DNA of 58,335 nucleotides, filler included, from Sphacelaria rigidula (Eukaryota): the NCBI GenBank assembly GCA_964200075.2. It is 8 parts of 8 records of this genome, joined end to end, with 100 filler letters (N's around TTAATTAATTAA, not from the genome) between each part and the next. Parts side by side here need not be neighbours in the genome. Positions count along the whole stretch, not along the records: positions 43,830 to 51,032 come from CAXNAA020015981.1; positions 51,133 to 58,335 come from CAXNAA020015982.1; 6 more parts are not named here. The stretch is one strand, 5' to 3'. Both the position numbers and the translations under genes were made by a program. Below the pieces are notes generated by a model that did no database searches, was not told the origin of the DNA, and was given only the letters and a program-made list of their open reading frames with translations. Positions 46,791-58,335 of the stretch are shown here, piece by piece. Numbering within the stretch: the first letter of the stretch is position 1; every line of letters begins with the position of its first letter.

Positions 46791-49700
46791 TAGATTGTAG
46801 CCAGGCGAGAATAGGTCACCTGTTGAATCGGGATCGATTCCGCTTGAAAAAAGCATGCATGATCCAGATGGACTTTCCTCGCGGTCCAAGGGTTACTTCT
46901 ACTACTGGGAGAGCACCCGCGGCTGGCCCCTACGAAGATCCGAATATGATGGGTCTACACCAACAAGTCACAATGTTTTCGTGAGATTGAGAGTAGAGGA
47001 TGCGATTGAGAGTGAAAAGTGGTCGATTAACCCAATGACCGCTAGGGCGGGTAATGATGTGGGTCACGCAGTAATTTTCATGTGGGAAGTGATACCGATT
47101 CAGCAGACGACCTATCGTGGCCAACAAAGGGCTTTAAACCCCTGACCGCGACACTCCGCAAACCCCGCAAGTGGACAAAGATGCTCATAACAGATCTTTT
47201 CTCGCTGCACAAAATGAGAAATAAGGCTAGACAGCACGAGGTAGTCTACCTGCATGCAGTCCACCTGGAGGGGGACAAAGTGATCATTTGATAGCCGTGA
47301 TTGGTCAGAATGGTCACCGCGCTCCTCTTGGACATCGTTCTTGGCCTATGATTCTCCGTGAGGCCGTGTCTTATCGAGACCATACAAATAAAAAGGTGAG
47401 AGGGAGGAAGCGTCCAAAGCAACATGTTGATTGATCGGCGAACGGGTCTTTGGCTGCGGCGACTACTGCCATCAACATGCTGGTTTTGAACGCTCAGTGT
47501 TCCCTTTCACACTTCCTTTTCTTGGCCTCGATAAGACACGACCTGAAGAACTCATTCCAAATACACGTGGTTGACTTGCTGAGCTTTTGGGCTCTTCTGC
47601 GAACAGGCCCCCACCCTCATGACAACAAGCACCCCTCGCCACCCGGAAACCCCCGGATGTCCCTGGACTGTCAGCCTGTCAAACTCTTCCGAGGCGACGC
47701 TTGCTCTCTAGGGGCTGTGACCCTTTGACCGCCGGCGATGTTCACATGTGGAATCGGCGTTATTTCTACTTGGAAAAGCGATGAAATTTGATGCCGAGTC
47801 AGCACATGGACACCTCCAGCGGTCAAACGACTGGGGCGGCTTCTTCTCCTCACAGACTGAAAAAAGTCTCTGAGAAAAGTCGTTTTGGTCAGTCTCCAGG
47901 GACTTTTATCAGAGTGCAATCTTACACGCGCTGGGCCAGCCTGAAGACGGATTCAAGCTCTCAAAGCAGTAAGTATCTCACTGACAAAGACGAGTTTGGC
48001 CGTGATCCGCATCTTGCATGAATCGTCTATGATCAAGGGGAAGGTGCCCATCTGCTCGAAAGTCTGAGCCAATACTTTGTCGTTGATCAACCCCCTGTGT
48101 AGTGATTCTTATACCTAGCGGAGACAGCGTCTATACTAAAACCTATTTGAAACCCCGATCGATGCATTCAGCGGATAACGACGATTTTTGGTGCGGACAT
48201 GCCCTGGAGCACGGGGAGACTATGACCTTCACCAAATTTGTTACCCATCTCGAGATATAGGGCACATGAGGTCCAATACCAAAATCAATATACTACGAGC
48301 AGAGGAACTACATTAAATGAATCTGGGTATCGCGTCTCAGTTTTTGAGAGTCATGCTGTGAAAATTCGTATGGAAAACCGCGACGAGCTGGGCCAGCCAA
48401 GAGTAGGTGTGAATCTCGCTTAGGCGACGCACGGCGCGATATCAGGAGTTGGACGATGAAAAATTGGCAGCAGCTTTTTATGATCGAACTGCTTCAGATC
48501 ACATCAGCAGCAATTTCAATCCGCTTTAAAGCCGGCCCAGCTCGTAGTGTATAATAAAGCTGGGAAAGCACCTTTTTCATTTTTTTTCGTTTTTTTTCTA
48601 CAGTTTTTTCGGGTTTTTAGGACAGCTTTGAGGACAATAAATGAACACCGCTCTTGGGCCTTATCTCGATCATTCAGCTCAATTTTTTTAATTGTGATTT
48701 GAAACTCAGCATGAAGAATCACAGAGGTATGCCGAATAGTGAAAAAAAAGGGCCTTTTTTTTCGGGGGGGAGGAGGTTCAGCGTTCTCGGAAAAAAATGG
48801 TCGTGATCAAATTCAAACGCCCTAGACCAGTAAAGAACAAAACAAATTCCAACGTGACTCACCTTGTTAGCTTAATTATGCCCTAGCCACGGCCCACACA
48901 AAGTTTCAATCCACAAACACCAAACGTCGGCCGGTGAGCGGCTTGCAAATATACTGTTCCGAATTTTTACCTGCCCTGTTACTAAGAGGCACATTCGTCG
49001 GCCAATATTTAGAGTTGAACCCTAAAATTTGGCATGGACAATCAATAGGGCATACTGAAAAAAAAATACCGCTGCACCCTTTTTTTTTACATGAGTTTTC
49101 AGCTATCAGTAAATTGCCCCTCGATTCATAAAACAAGGAAAAAACCTCGAGCGCAGCGGTATTTCTTCCATCATGCCCTGTGAATTATTTTCTCTGTGCT
49201 TTGCTTTTGTTGACTTTTCTCTCATTATTTTTTTTTCTTCACGTCTGAGTCTACCATGTCATTTTGTTTGACATTGTTTCTTGTGCTTCTTTTTTTTTTT
49301 TCAGCGAGTGTTTCTGTTTTGTTTTCTTGGGTACGTACGAACATCATGAGACCACGGCTGGAACCCTGGGGGGTCAGTTCGTGCGACAATCAATCAATCA
49401 AAAGAAATAATTGTCAATACCAATATTTTTCCCTTTTCCGATCGTGTTCCTTTTTCCCCCCAAAAACGATAATGCAACCCCAGCAACTCCGAAACAAAGA
49501 GCACACACATATATATATATATATATATATTATTTTTTGAATCGCTACTAAATAATTTATAGCTCAATTTAAGCGTCCAACTAAAAATATTGGCTGACGA
49601 ATCGGCCTGTAAACTATATATTCGTTTCTAGGCTGGCTAAGCTCGTATACAGGGTCATTGTTGGAGGAAAATCTCTCTGAGAACTACGATCGGTTGTCCG

Positions 49701-50929
49701 TGACATCTAACTGTCTGAAAAGAGATGCTCCATCACACACTCGTTGCATACAAGTGTGGTATAGTCAGGGTAAAATTAGCTATGCATTTGATACATGTAC
49801 AGTACCGTAGCAGCGGCATACTGTAGTTGCTGTAGCACCCTGTGCATCCCAATGACCGTAGGAGCAGGGATAGGCACTACAGTACGAGCTGGGCCAGCAG
49901 TACATCCAGAAAGGGTCACCCGTGTCAGTTTACTACAATATCGGCTGCCCAGCCGCTTAAGATGTCGAAGTTAGTGAACGTGCGCGTGCATATATTCATC
50001 TCTAGTGCACGAAGTCTGGACTGCGGGATAGCCGTTTAAAGGGGCAGATCGACGGCATTCCCCGAAATTGCTTGTGGCCATCTCAGTCATTTGTGCGGGG
50101 CTCGATCGTGCGGGCGCTTGGCGCATATGTTGCCTGTGTTGTGTCCGACTCGTGCGCAAAGTTTCATGAGGAAACGCCGAGTCGCAGGCGAGAAATCCAC
50201 AACTGGAGTTGCTCTGAAAATTGGGAGTTCACCGCGGGTAAGTATCCAAGTAAACACGAGAATCGGTTACTCCCTGGTTACACCGTATATCAGATCCGGT
50301 TACGCAGTATTACGGTACTGTCGAATGCAGTTCAGACAGTTCAGACAGTACATTGCATCAAAACTATACTGCACTTTATTATGGTCGAGACAGAGTTTTC
50401 AAATTTGAAAGCCACCAGCTGCGCCGCCAGGCATGCATGCAAACGATCATGCCGTTCTCATTTGTGCTGAAAGCAATTGAGATGCTTCTTTTTCAGACGG
50501 ATTGCACAGTCCACATACTACACCCTAGGCGTGGTCACGGGTGGGAACGCGGACCATGGCTGCCGACTATCGGCGTATCATAGGACCTGCAATGCACCCG
50601 TACGGAGCAACACCATGCTCACCACCAAACGCGGGACAAAATCACGTTTTCAGCCTGCGGCTTGCGCTGACGATTCAGCCTCAAACATAGCTTTTCAGAT
50701 ATGCCGCGTGTCGGGCCGTAGGTCCTTCCCAAGGAGCTCCTGGCTCGTGTGAAATAGACCTACTTTGGGCATCTTCTAAGCTGATATTCTATATGATGAC
50801 TTTTGTACACGAAAATCGGCACACATTTGACCTTTTTTTTTCTTTTGGCGCAACACTGCTACTACTTTTTGCCCTCTGCTGTTGTTCCGATGTCCCCCGT
50901 ACACTAGACCCAGTGTCGTTGCCCAACAG

Positions 50930-51032
50930 CAGAAGATATCGGTGTTTCTGCAGCAGATTTCCGAGATGTCAGCAGACGAGCTCCGTGACGAATTTCCAGC
51001 GCTTGAGGACGAACTCTTCGACAACATCAGAC
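50930..51032 (+). CDS. Possible partial exon cut by contig end (KISVFLQQISEMSADELRDEFPALEDELFDNIR)
   Basis: Acceptor-like cccaacagcag followed by an open, helical-looking frame. No supporting partner exon. Confidence 0.35.
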
Positions 51033-51146
51033 NNNNNNNNNNNNNNNNNNNNNNNNNNNNNNNNNNNNNNNNNNNNTTAATTAATTAANNNNNNNNNNNN
51101 NNNNNNNNNNNNNNNNNNNNNNNNNNNNNNNNGGGGGGGGGGGGGT

Positions 51147-51194
<48 letters not shown>

Positions 51195-54100
51195 CATGGT
51201 CCTGTCGCGTTGTGCGTGGTTTTGTTCCGTGGGTACCCGTTGATGAGAGTAGACGGCGTCAACGCTTGTCGATCGCAACCCATGGTAGCACCGTGCGTGG
51301 AACACCTGCTCACGTTCTCGAATTCGATGAAAGACAGTGCATCATTCTTCTCGCCAAAGGGAAGGGTTCAAAGCGGAGTAAACGAGTCGTTCCCGTGACG
51401 GATCTTGTAGGCAATGGGCTATCCATGTTGCGTTGAAACCGACTTCTTGATTGAGGGAGGAAGCACAAACCCGCAGCTGATCGATACCAAGACACGAACG
51501 GTGCCCGTCTTAGTCATGCCTGACAAGCACCCCCACCCCCTCCACCCTGTCGGGCATGACCAGGACGCTGTTCCTTGCGCAAGACATGGGATCCATGCGC
51601 TGCCACCCTTTTCCTTGTGGTGTAGAGGAACAAGAATGCTCACCCGACTAACTTTTCTCGATTCTTCGACATACTGAACACGATGCGTTACTGGTTCACC
51701 TCCACAGGTTACTTCTTTCGAATGAGAGCTTGTGCTACGAACAGTTCGCAAGTGGGGTTGCCCACTTGAGCCTCAATTCAGAGTTGAACCTCAATTCGCA
51801 CAATTTGCTGTTTACTGTCTCAGTTGTCATGATTACCATGATCGCTGCTCAAGCACTGTGATGATCGATCTTCACAAGGCGGGGCATGAAGTGAAATTTT
51901 CTACTTCAACCGAACATGCAGCATATTCATCCATGTGCAGTACAGTATGCAGTGATTTGTACGTACTCGCTCACCATTTATCGCAGGGCAAAACGGTTTT
52001 CCAGCACAAGGGATGATCAGTTCAACGAAGAACAGCTCATCCTGAATGTCAGGGTGTCTTGTTCACAGCTTCAGGCGATGGTATTTCTCTTTCGAAATGG
52101 TAGTTTTGAGTCTCATTTCTGAGGTCACTTCGTTCCCTTCCATAGGAGTAAAAACCAGGGGGCCGGCTGTCATCGAGTCTGAAAGAACCGAGTTCAAGTC
52201 GGATGCAAAGATGCATGTTTATGTAACCGTTTTCGTACGGGCTCAAACATCCTCCCCCCTGACTGCGGCACATTGCCGGTTCCCGCAGTCAGCCCTCCGG
52301 GACTTTTCCAGCAGATTAGATGGGCCCATGGAGTTTCTAATGGCATACCAGTATACCATTAAGCACCGTCCAGGCAAAACCAACGGGAACGCTGATCTTC
52401 TTTCCCGCCTACCTCTGCCGCCTACGGCCGCAGATTCCAGCTCGGCTTGTCATTTAACGGAACCCGATGAGCCTGGAATTGACGCGATTCGACGTTTTTC
52501 AACGCCCATTTACGCCCTCGACCTTCAGTGCCCGGAAACCGGTATGCATATGGGAGGACCTCGCCCTTCACCATATGACGCCGTCTTGGGTGGGTTAAAG
52601 CCCACTACCTCCGATTTTGTCGATTTTCGCACTTTCGGTATCCGCGCGAAAACTCTTCGCGGAGACACCTCCAGTCACCCACCTTATCTCCGACACCACG
52701 CGCTCCCGGTCTGCCGCCCGCACCACACCGAGTGCCCCGCCGCCACCGACGACACCTGCAACCTCTATGAGCCACCCAGCACAAGCTCCACGGACCAACA
52801 CGCCAAGTTCCGCAAAAACTTCTGCACTGTGCGCCACGAGCCGCGGACAATCTTCGCCGCGCACTGATACAACCCCGCCGCCTAAAATGGCGGCGCGAAC
52901 ATCTCCTGCCCCCGAGAATGGAACTGACGATTCGTCTCCTGCTCCCGGGACAGATATTGACGTCGGCATTTCTGCCCCGTCGCCTATTCCCCCACCGCCT
53001 GCCCTACCATGTTTGGTCGGCTCGCCAGCGGAAGGTCAACTACGCGAGTTCCTCGCCAGCTACTCCCACCGCAATTGGGCTCGCAAACAAAACGCAGAAC
53101 CGCTGTGTCGCGCAGCCATCCGGTACTTACAACTTAACTGTCCAGTCTCTTTTCCGTCCACGCTTCTGGCCCTGGTTGGGACACTGTCACCACCACTTAT
53201 TTTTGACGTATACGAGCTCGTGCGTAAAGGCACCCTTTTTACTACGGATGAAGGTGTGCAACTACTTGTACGTCGGCCTACGCCTTTGACAGGCGCAATC
53301 GCCGCCTCAACTACGGGACGCACCGCACGACTACTCGATGACGAACCAACGCGCATATATGTGCCATTATTAATGCGCCCCTGGGTCATGAAAGGCTGCC
53401 ACACAGACTTGTCATGTCACCTTGGCGTCACCCGCACCCTCGCGCTCTTGGAACGCTTCTACTGGTAGGTTGGCATGGATATTTCAACCCGCTTCTGGAT
53501 TCGGCGATGCTTTAAATGCCACGCCTGAAAAACTTCACGACAGACAGTACGCTGGCCCGTGATCTCTGTGGGACTCCCCGACGAGCCCGGCCACCTTGTG
53601 TCCTTTGACTACTTCGGCCCTCTACCGACCACAGGTCGCGGCAACACGTATATCTTACTCTTCACTGACCGCTTTAGCCGCCACGCGTCCATGTACGCGG
53701 TAACCGCCGCAGATTTCACTGCCGCCGGAACGGCCGACATACTGGTCCACGATTTCATTAAGCACTATGGTTGTCCAATGCGACTCCTTTCAGACGATAG
53801 TCAGCAATTTTGCTCGGACCTCTCTGATGAGGTTTACAAGCTCCTGGGCATCCGCAAAATTGCCACGAGTGCCTACCACCCGAACGGTAACGGTGGTACC
53901 GAAAGCATTAATCACACCATGACCCAGATGCTCTCTATGGTTGTCAATGACCGCCAAAATGACTGGGACCTACATCTCTCGCACATCATGTTGTCCTACA
54001 ACAACTCGGTTAGTGCCGCCAAAGGTCTTTCTCCGGACGAACTCCATCTTGGACGTTCCCCTCGGCTACCTATCACCGTGTTTGAGCGACACACGTTTGA

Positions 54101-54521
54101 TAGCCACCAAGGATTGGATCAGGATTAGATATCCTACCACGAGCTATCGCACGCGCGACAACACAAAGCATTTGCCCTCGTGCGCGAACAACACGCTATC
54201 AACGCCTCGCGCCTAGAGATACCTAACACTGCACTCTACAACCTCATGCACAAACGACGTAAGTGGAAAGGTGGTGACTGGGTTTGGATCTACAACAGTT
54301 TGTCAACCATCCGCCAAGGCACCAGCAAGGCAGCCAACGAAACAATTTTGAAGACAAAATTGTCCCTCAATTGGTCAGGACCATTCAAGATCCTGACAGT
54401 CGGATCCTCGTCATCATCACCGGATGAAAACCCGTTGGTGACAAACTGCTCTATCTCGACTTGCCTCGCGACTTCCAGGGCAACGACACCACGCCCCGCG
54501 TCTCCGTGCGCAGATGCAAAC

Positions 54522-54966
54522 AACACGGGATCTTACAAATCGGGGATGGATTTTTTATTGGGGATGAGAAACCCGGAGAATAAAAACCTTCGTATCCACA
54601 CCAAATCTTCGAAATATGATTTCATTTCTTCACCTGCTGATAGCTATTGACAACTGCTACACGCCATACAAATTTGGAATGTGATAACCGAAATGTTGGG
54701 GTCCAAGGTGGGGAAAACAATTTCAGAGTCATTTTGGCGCCCGTTCGGACGCCCGGAATTCCCCCAAATTGGTTTTTCACCTAGGACCCCAACATTTTAG
54801 TTACCGGAATCCAAATTTGTATGGCGTGTAGCAATTGTCAACAGCTATCAGTAGGTGAAGAAATGGAACCATACTCCGAAGATTTGGTGTGGATACGAAG
54901 ATGTGAATTCTCCGAGTTTCTCATCCCCAATAAAAGATCCATCCCCAATTTGTAAGATTCCGTGTT
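54522..54966. mobile_element. 445-bp fold-back MITE with ~200-bp TIRs and 4-bp TSD (AAAC), nested in the gypsy integrase tail
   Basis: Termini aacacgggatcttacaaat.../...atttgtaagattccgtgtt, with AAAC at 54518-54521 and 54967-54970. Removing it restores RRCKPCTNP. Confidence 0.92.
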
Positions 54967-56411
54967 AAACCTTGCACGAACCCGCAGGATACAAGTCATA
55001 TGCCCAAGTACCTGCCTGCCGGACTCACACAGTATGTTCTCAACAACTCCTTGACCAAGTCCCCGCTCTCTACCACGTTACAACCGACGACGTGACGGAA
55101 CAACCCCTTCGATTGACTGTGTCCTCCATTTCCGGCCACCAAATAACCCGTGGTCGAGGAGGCAAGATCGCTGTCATGTATAAGACACACTGGTACGGTC
55201 TTCGGAGAGCATCTTGGAAACGCGAATCCGACCTGCAATTGCACCGTCGTGCAATCCTCCTTTGCAATACTCCTTTACTGGACGCAATCCCAACATCAGC
55301 ATCTTGCTCACAACAAGAAATATCGCAACATGCGCCGTGGCGCAGCAGCCCGCGAACTTCACCGCAATCAGGGACTACGCTTTGTCGCCGATGGTTACGA
55401 ACTTGTACCCTCCAAGATTTGTAAGACGAAGTTCTTCGCGAACCAGCGACTCCTGCCCAAGGGCAACAACCTTTGGTTCAAAGACAGCGACAATCTCTGG
55501 TAGTGGAGTCAGGCTCACTCCGCTACCCTGGTTTCGGCCGACACATACATCGTGCGCTTCATCGATGACCCTGGACCCATACAGCTCAAGCTTCGGCCAG
55601 CGCTATACACCACCAGCCCATCTGCACCGCGCGGATTCTGGTGTCTCCAGCGCCTCAAGTCCAAAGGACTTCGTCGCGGTCTCCAGCGCAACATCAACCA
55701 CACCCACGACGTCCACGCCCCGCTTTGAACCACGCTTTTTTGTCGCGACTGTTGCCCCACCCCTATTTTGTTTCCGTAAGCATTGTCTGCCCTCCTTTCT
55801 CCACCAGGGTCCCCTTCTACGATACCACAACAGCGCGACCTACATCGGACGACGATCAAGAACTACTGACACGACCGCTACCTAAGACTACTGGAGCCAT
55901 AGTATCCCCTTCATCTGGCGCTCGATCTCGTTGGATCACCGATTTTCAGATTTCCGACCTTGCAGTCTTTAGCACTTTTGGGTTCCCCCAGGTTGAAGCT
56001 TTGCTCCCTGTTGTACCTCTGGATTTCCCCAGGTTGAAGCTCCGCTCCCTGTTGTATCTTTGGCTTCCCCCAGGTCAGAGCTCTGCTCCCTGTTGTACCT
56101 CCCTGTTTTCCCCTGCTAACTTTTGCTAGGACGCCGAAGCAATTTGTGCTTCTTCGTTGATCGCTAGCACGCCGAAGCAGTGTGTGCTTCCGCGTTTCGG
56201 AGCAGTTTTTTTCTGCTCCTCGAAGCAGTCCATGCTTCCCTTCTTTTGAGATGTGGGAGTGGGTACAGGATTGTTGGTACGGGAATGTTAGGTACGGGAG
56301 TGTTCCTTTAGGTATGCCTTAGTCGCTCATGATTTTACGAGGGGAGAAAACCCTTAGCTTTCGCTGCTTTGATCCTCGCAGCTAGTATAGAGGTTCGTCT
56401 GGGTGGGTTAG

Positions 56412-56898
56412 TGTAATGAAGACGCATATTAGCCTGTTGATGCCGCTTCAGACCCGTTGTCGACTCTGGCTATGACTTGCTTTTGTTTCGGTAGACAAGG
56501 CTGCAGGTCGGTTCAGAGTTGGTCGGGTACGAATGTGAACCTGTATAACCACAGGGATGATACTGAATTTGGTCGCTGTCCCCACGACCAAAGCCCCCCC
56601 ATCCTTCGCACTACCAACTGCTCCCCTTCTGCTAGCCAGCAAAAGGAAGTCTAACCATCGGTGAGAGGTATTGGCTGGTATGGGTTGGATTGGTTGATTG
56701 GGTACTAGAGTTAGAATCAAGATAGCCATAAGGAGTGAAGAACCTATTGCGTAAGAACCCGTCTGATATTGTGCTGAGCTGTGTTCAACAGTGTGCAGAG
56801 CTGTGCCAGCCTGACTGTTGTCCGCTGGCCTTGTGAGCCTGTACCTTGGACCACAACCTGTGTCCTTGCATTAAACTACCGCGAGCTCTTCATTACCA
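56412..56898 (+). mobile_element. Putative 3' LTR of the gypsy element
   Basis: Starts TGTAATGAAGA right after G-rich gggtgggttag (PPT-like) and ends TCTTCATTACCA (10-bp inverted termini). No second LTR is available for confirmation. Confidence 0.65.
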
Positions 56899-57009
56899 TT
56901 TATCATTGTTCTACGTTTGTTATGATATTGGGAGGAGAACCTCGGTTGCTTTCCGCCCTGATATGGGACGGTAAATCCGTTTTTTTTGCGATTCCACGTT
57001 CATGCATGG

Positions 57010-57910
57010 GCTGTGTTTTGATAGGTTAAAAAAGGAGATTCCATATCTATGTCCGGGCTGTGTTATGGTACAGTAGGTTGAGGAAGAAAGAGGGTCAGCT
57101 TATCTATTTCATGTCTGTGTCTGGGCTGTGTCATGGTCAGTTGAAGAAAAACAAAAGGTTAGCTTCTCTATTCCATGTCCATGTCTGGTCTGTGTTATGA
57201 TAGGTTAAAGAAAAACAAAAGGTTAGCTTCTCTATTCCTTGTCTGTGTCCGGGCTGTGTTATGGTAGGTTAAAGAAAAACAAAAGGTTAGCTTCTCTATT
57301 CCATGTCTATGTCCGGGCTGTGTTATGGTAGGTTAAAGAAATAAAAAGGTTAGCTTCTCTATTCCATGCCTATGTCCGGGCTGTGTTATAGTAGGTTAAA
57401 GAAAAAAGAGGGTTTGCTTCTTCATTCCATGTCTATGTCCGGGCTGTGTTATGGCAGGTCGAATAAAAAGGAGGGTTAGCTTCTCTATTTCATGCCTATA
57501 TCCGGCCTGTGTTAAAGCAGGTTAAATACAAAGGAGGGTTAGCTCCTCCTTTTCATGTCTATACCCGGCCTGCGTTATGGTAGGTTAAATAAAAAGGAGG
57601 GTTAGCTTCTCCATGTCATGTCTATGTCTGGGCTGCATTATGGCAAGTTAAATAAAAAGGGGGGTTACGGTAGCTTCTCTATTCCATGTCCATGTCTGGG
57701 CTGCATTATGATAGGTTAAATAAAAAGGAGAGTGAGCTTCTCTATTCCATGTCTATGTTCGGGCTGTATTATGATATTGTAGGTCAAAGAAAAAGGAGGG
57801 TTAGCTTCTCCATTTAATGTCCATGTCCGGGCTCTAGTATGGTAGGTTGAAGAAAAAGGAGGGTTAGCTTCTCTATTTCATGTCTGTATCCGTGCTGTGT
57901 TATGGGGGGT
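57010..57910. repeat. ~59-bp tandem satellite, ~15 copies
   Basis: Unit ggttagcttctctattccatgtctatgtccgggctgtgttatggtaggttaaa(g/t)aaaa... is repeated head to tail. Confidence 0.95.
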
Positions 57911-58335
57911 TGAAGGGCGAAAAAAAAAGGTAAAGGGAGAAACGTAGAGAAAATGAAGAAGGAAAATAATAGGAAGGAAGGGAAAACAGAATGGCTAAGG
58001 AAAAGGGAGTTTTTCGAAGTAGTAAAATTAGAGGGAAAAGACCATCGTCGGTATATCATGTCTATATCTATTTTGTTTGTTGCTGGGGGAAACCATTGGG
58101 TTGTTTCATTTTTGAATGTTGTGTTCGTCGGTCCGGGACCTTTTTTTCCTAGTGGTGGGGCCGGGTGTATGTACGGTGACAGTCTGTACATTAGTCGAGG
58201 TTTTGGTGGCTTATTTTACAGCGCCGTTGCCACTATACGCCAATCCAATAGTCCAAAGGTGAGGGGGGCGTGGGCGGGGGGGGGGGGGGGGACTCCTGAT
58301 CATGCATGCCATAGTCATCCGCCCATTGACCTTGC

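Larger units (their letters stand above)
7206..51132. other. Seven artificial 100-nt contig linkers (N-run, TTAATTAATTAA, N-run) at 7206-7305, 14511-14610, 21816-21915, 29121-29220, 36426-36525, 43730-43829, 51033-51132
   Basis: All linkers have the same structure with stops in all six frames. Intervening contigs are 7205, 7205, 7205, 7205, 7205, 7204, 7203 and 7203 bp, indicating a size-sorted concatenation of unplaced contigs. Confidence 0.97.
52320..56898 (+). mobile_element. Second degenerate Ty3/gypsy element (RNase H end, integrase, chromodomain-like tail, PPT, 3' LTR), related to the 29221-36425 element
   Basis: EFLMAYQYTIKHRPGKTNGNADLLSRLP; RIYVPLLMRPWVMKGCH...HLGVTRT; SFDYFGP...LLFTDRFSRHA; KLSLNWSGPFKI; ISGHQITRGRGGKIAVMYKTHWYG...SWKRESDL. 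Confidence 0.93.

Noticed and set aside
51200-51750. Cys/Trp-containing ORF fragments, possibly transposase-derived
   Set aside because: Stops in all frames and no motif I can assign to a family.

Overview
This is eukaryotic genomic DNA, most likely from a brown alga (Phaeophyceae). That assignment is inferred from short GT-AG exons, GC-rich low-complexity exons and recognisable repeat families. The window is not one locus. It is eight contigs of 7205 to 7203 bp, ordered by decreasing length and joined by 100-nt N linkers containing TTAATTAATTAA, so neighbourhood across gaps means nothing. It contains a degenerate Ty1/copia retrotransposon and two degenerate, related Ty3/gypsy elements, one with a chromodomain-like tail, a 3' LTR and a nested fold-back MITE. 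It also has a tRNA-derived SINE, several minisatellite arrays, a >3-kb low-complexity terminal exon and the last four exons of a PRP40-like FF/RS splicing factor. The most interesting item is in contig 6: a minus-strand gene built from at least eight homologous exons, seven of them symmetric phase-1. Splicing assembles the repeated motif HPAY[A/T/V]-AR-x-x-RPGW[D/E][A/T/S]RWG[A/S/T]EE-x-x-RV[S/A]G, separated by Ala/Ser/Thr spacers. This sticker-and-spacer layout resembles pyrenoid Rubisco linker proteins (hypothesis only), and its repeat number could vary by exon skipping or exon duplication.
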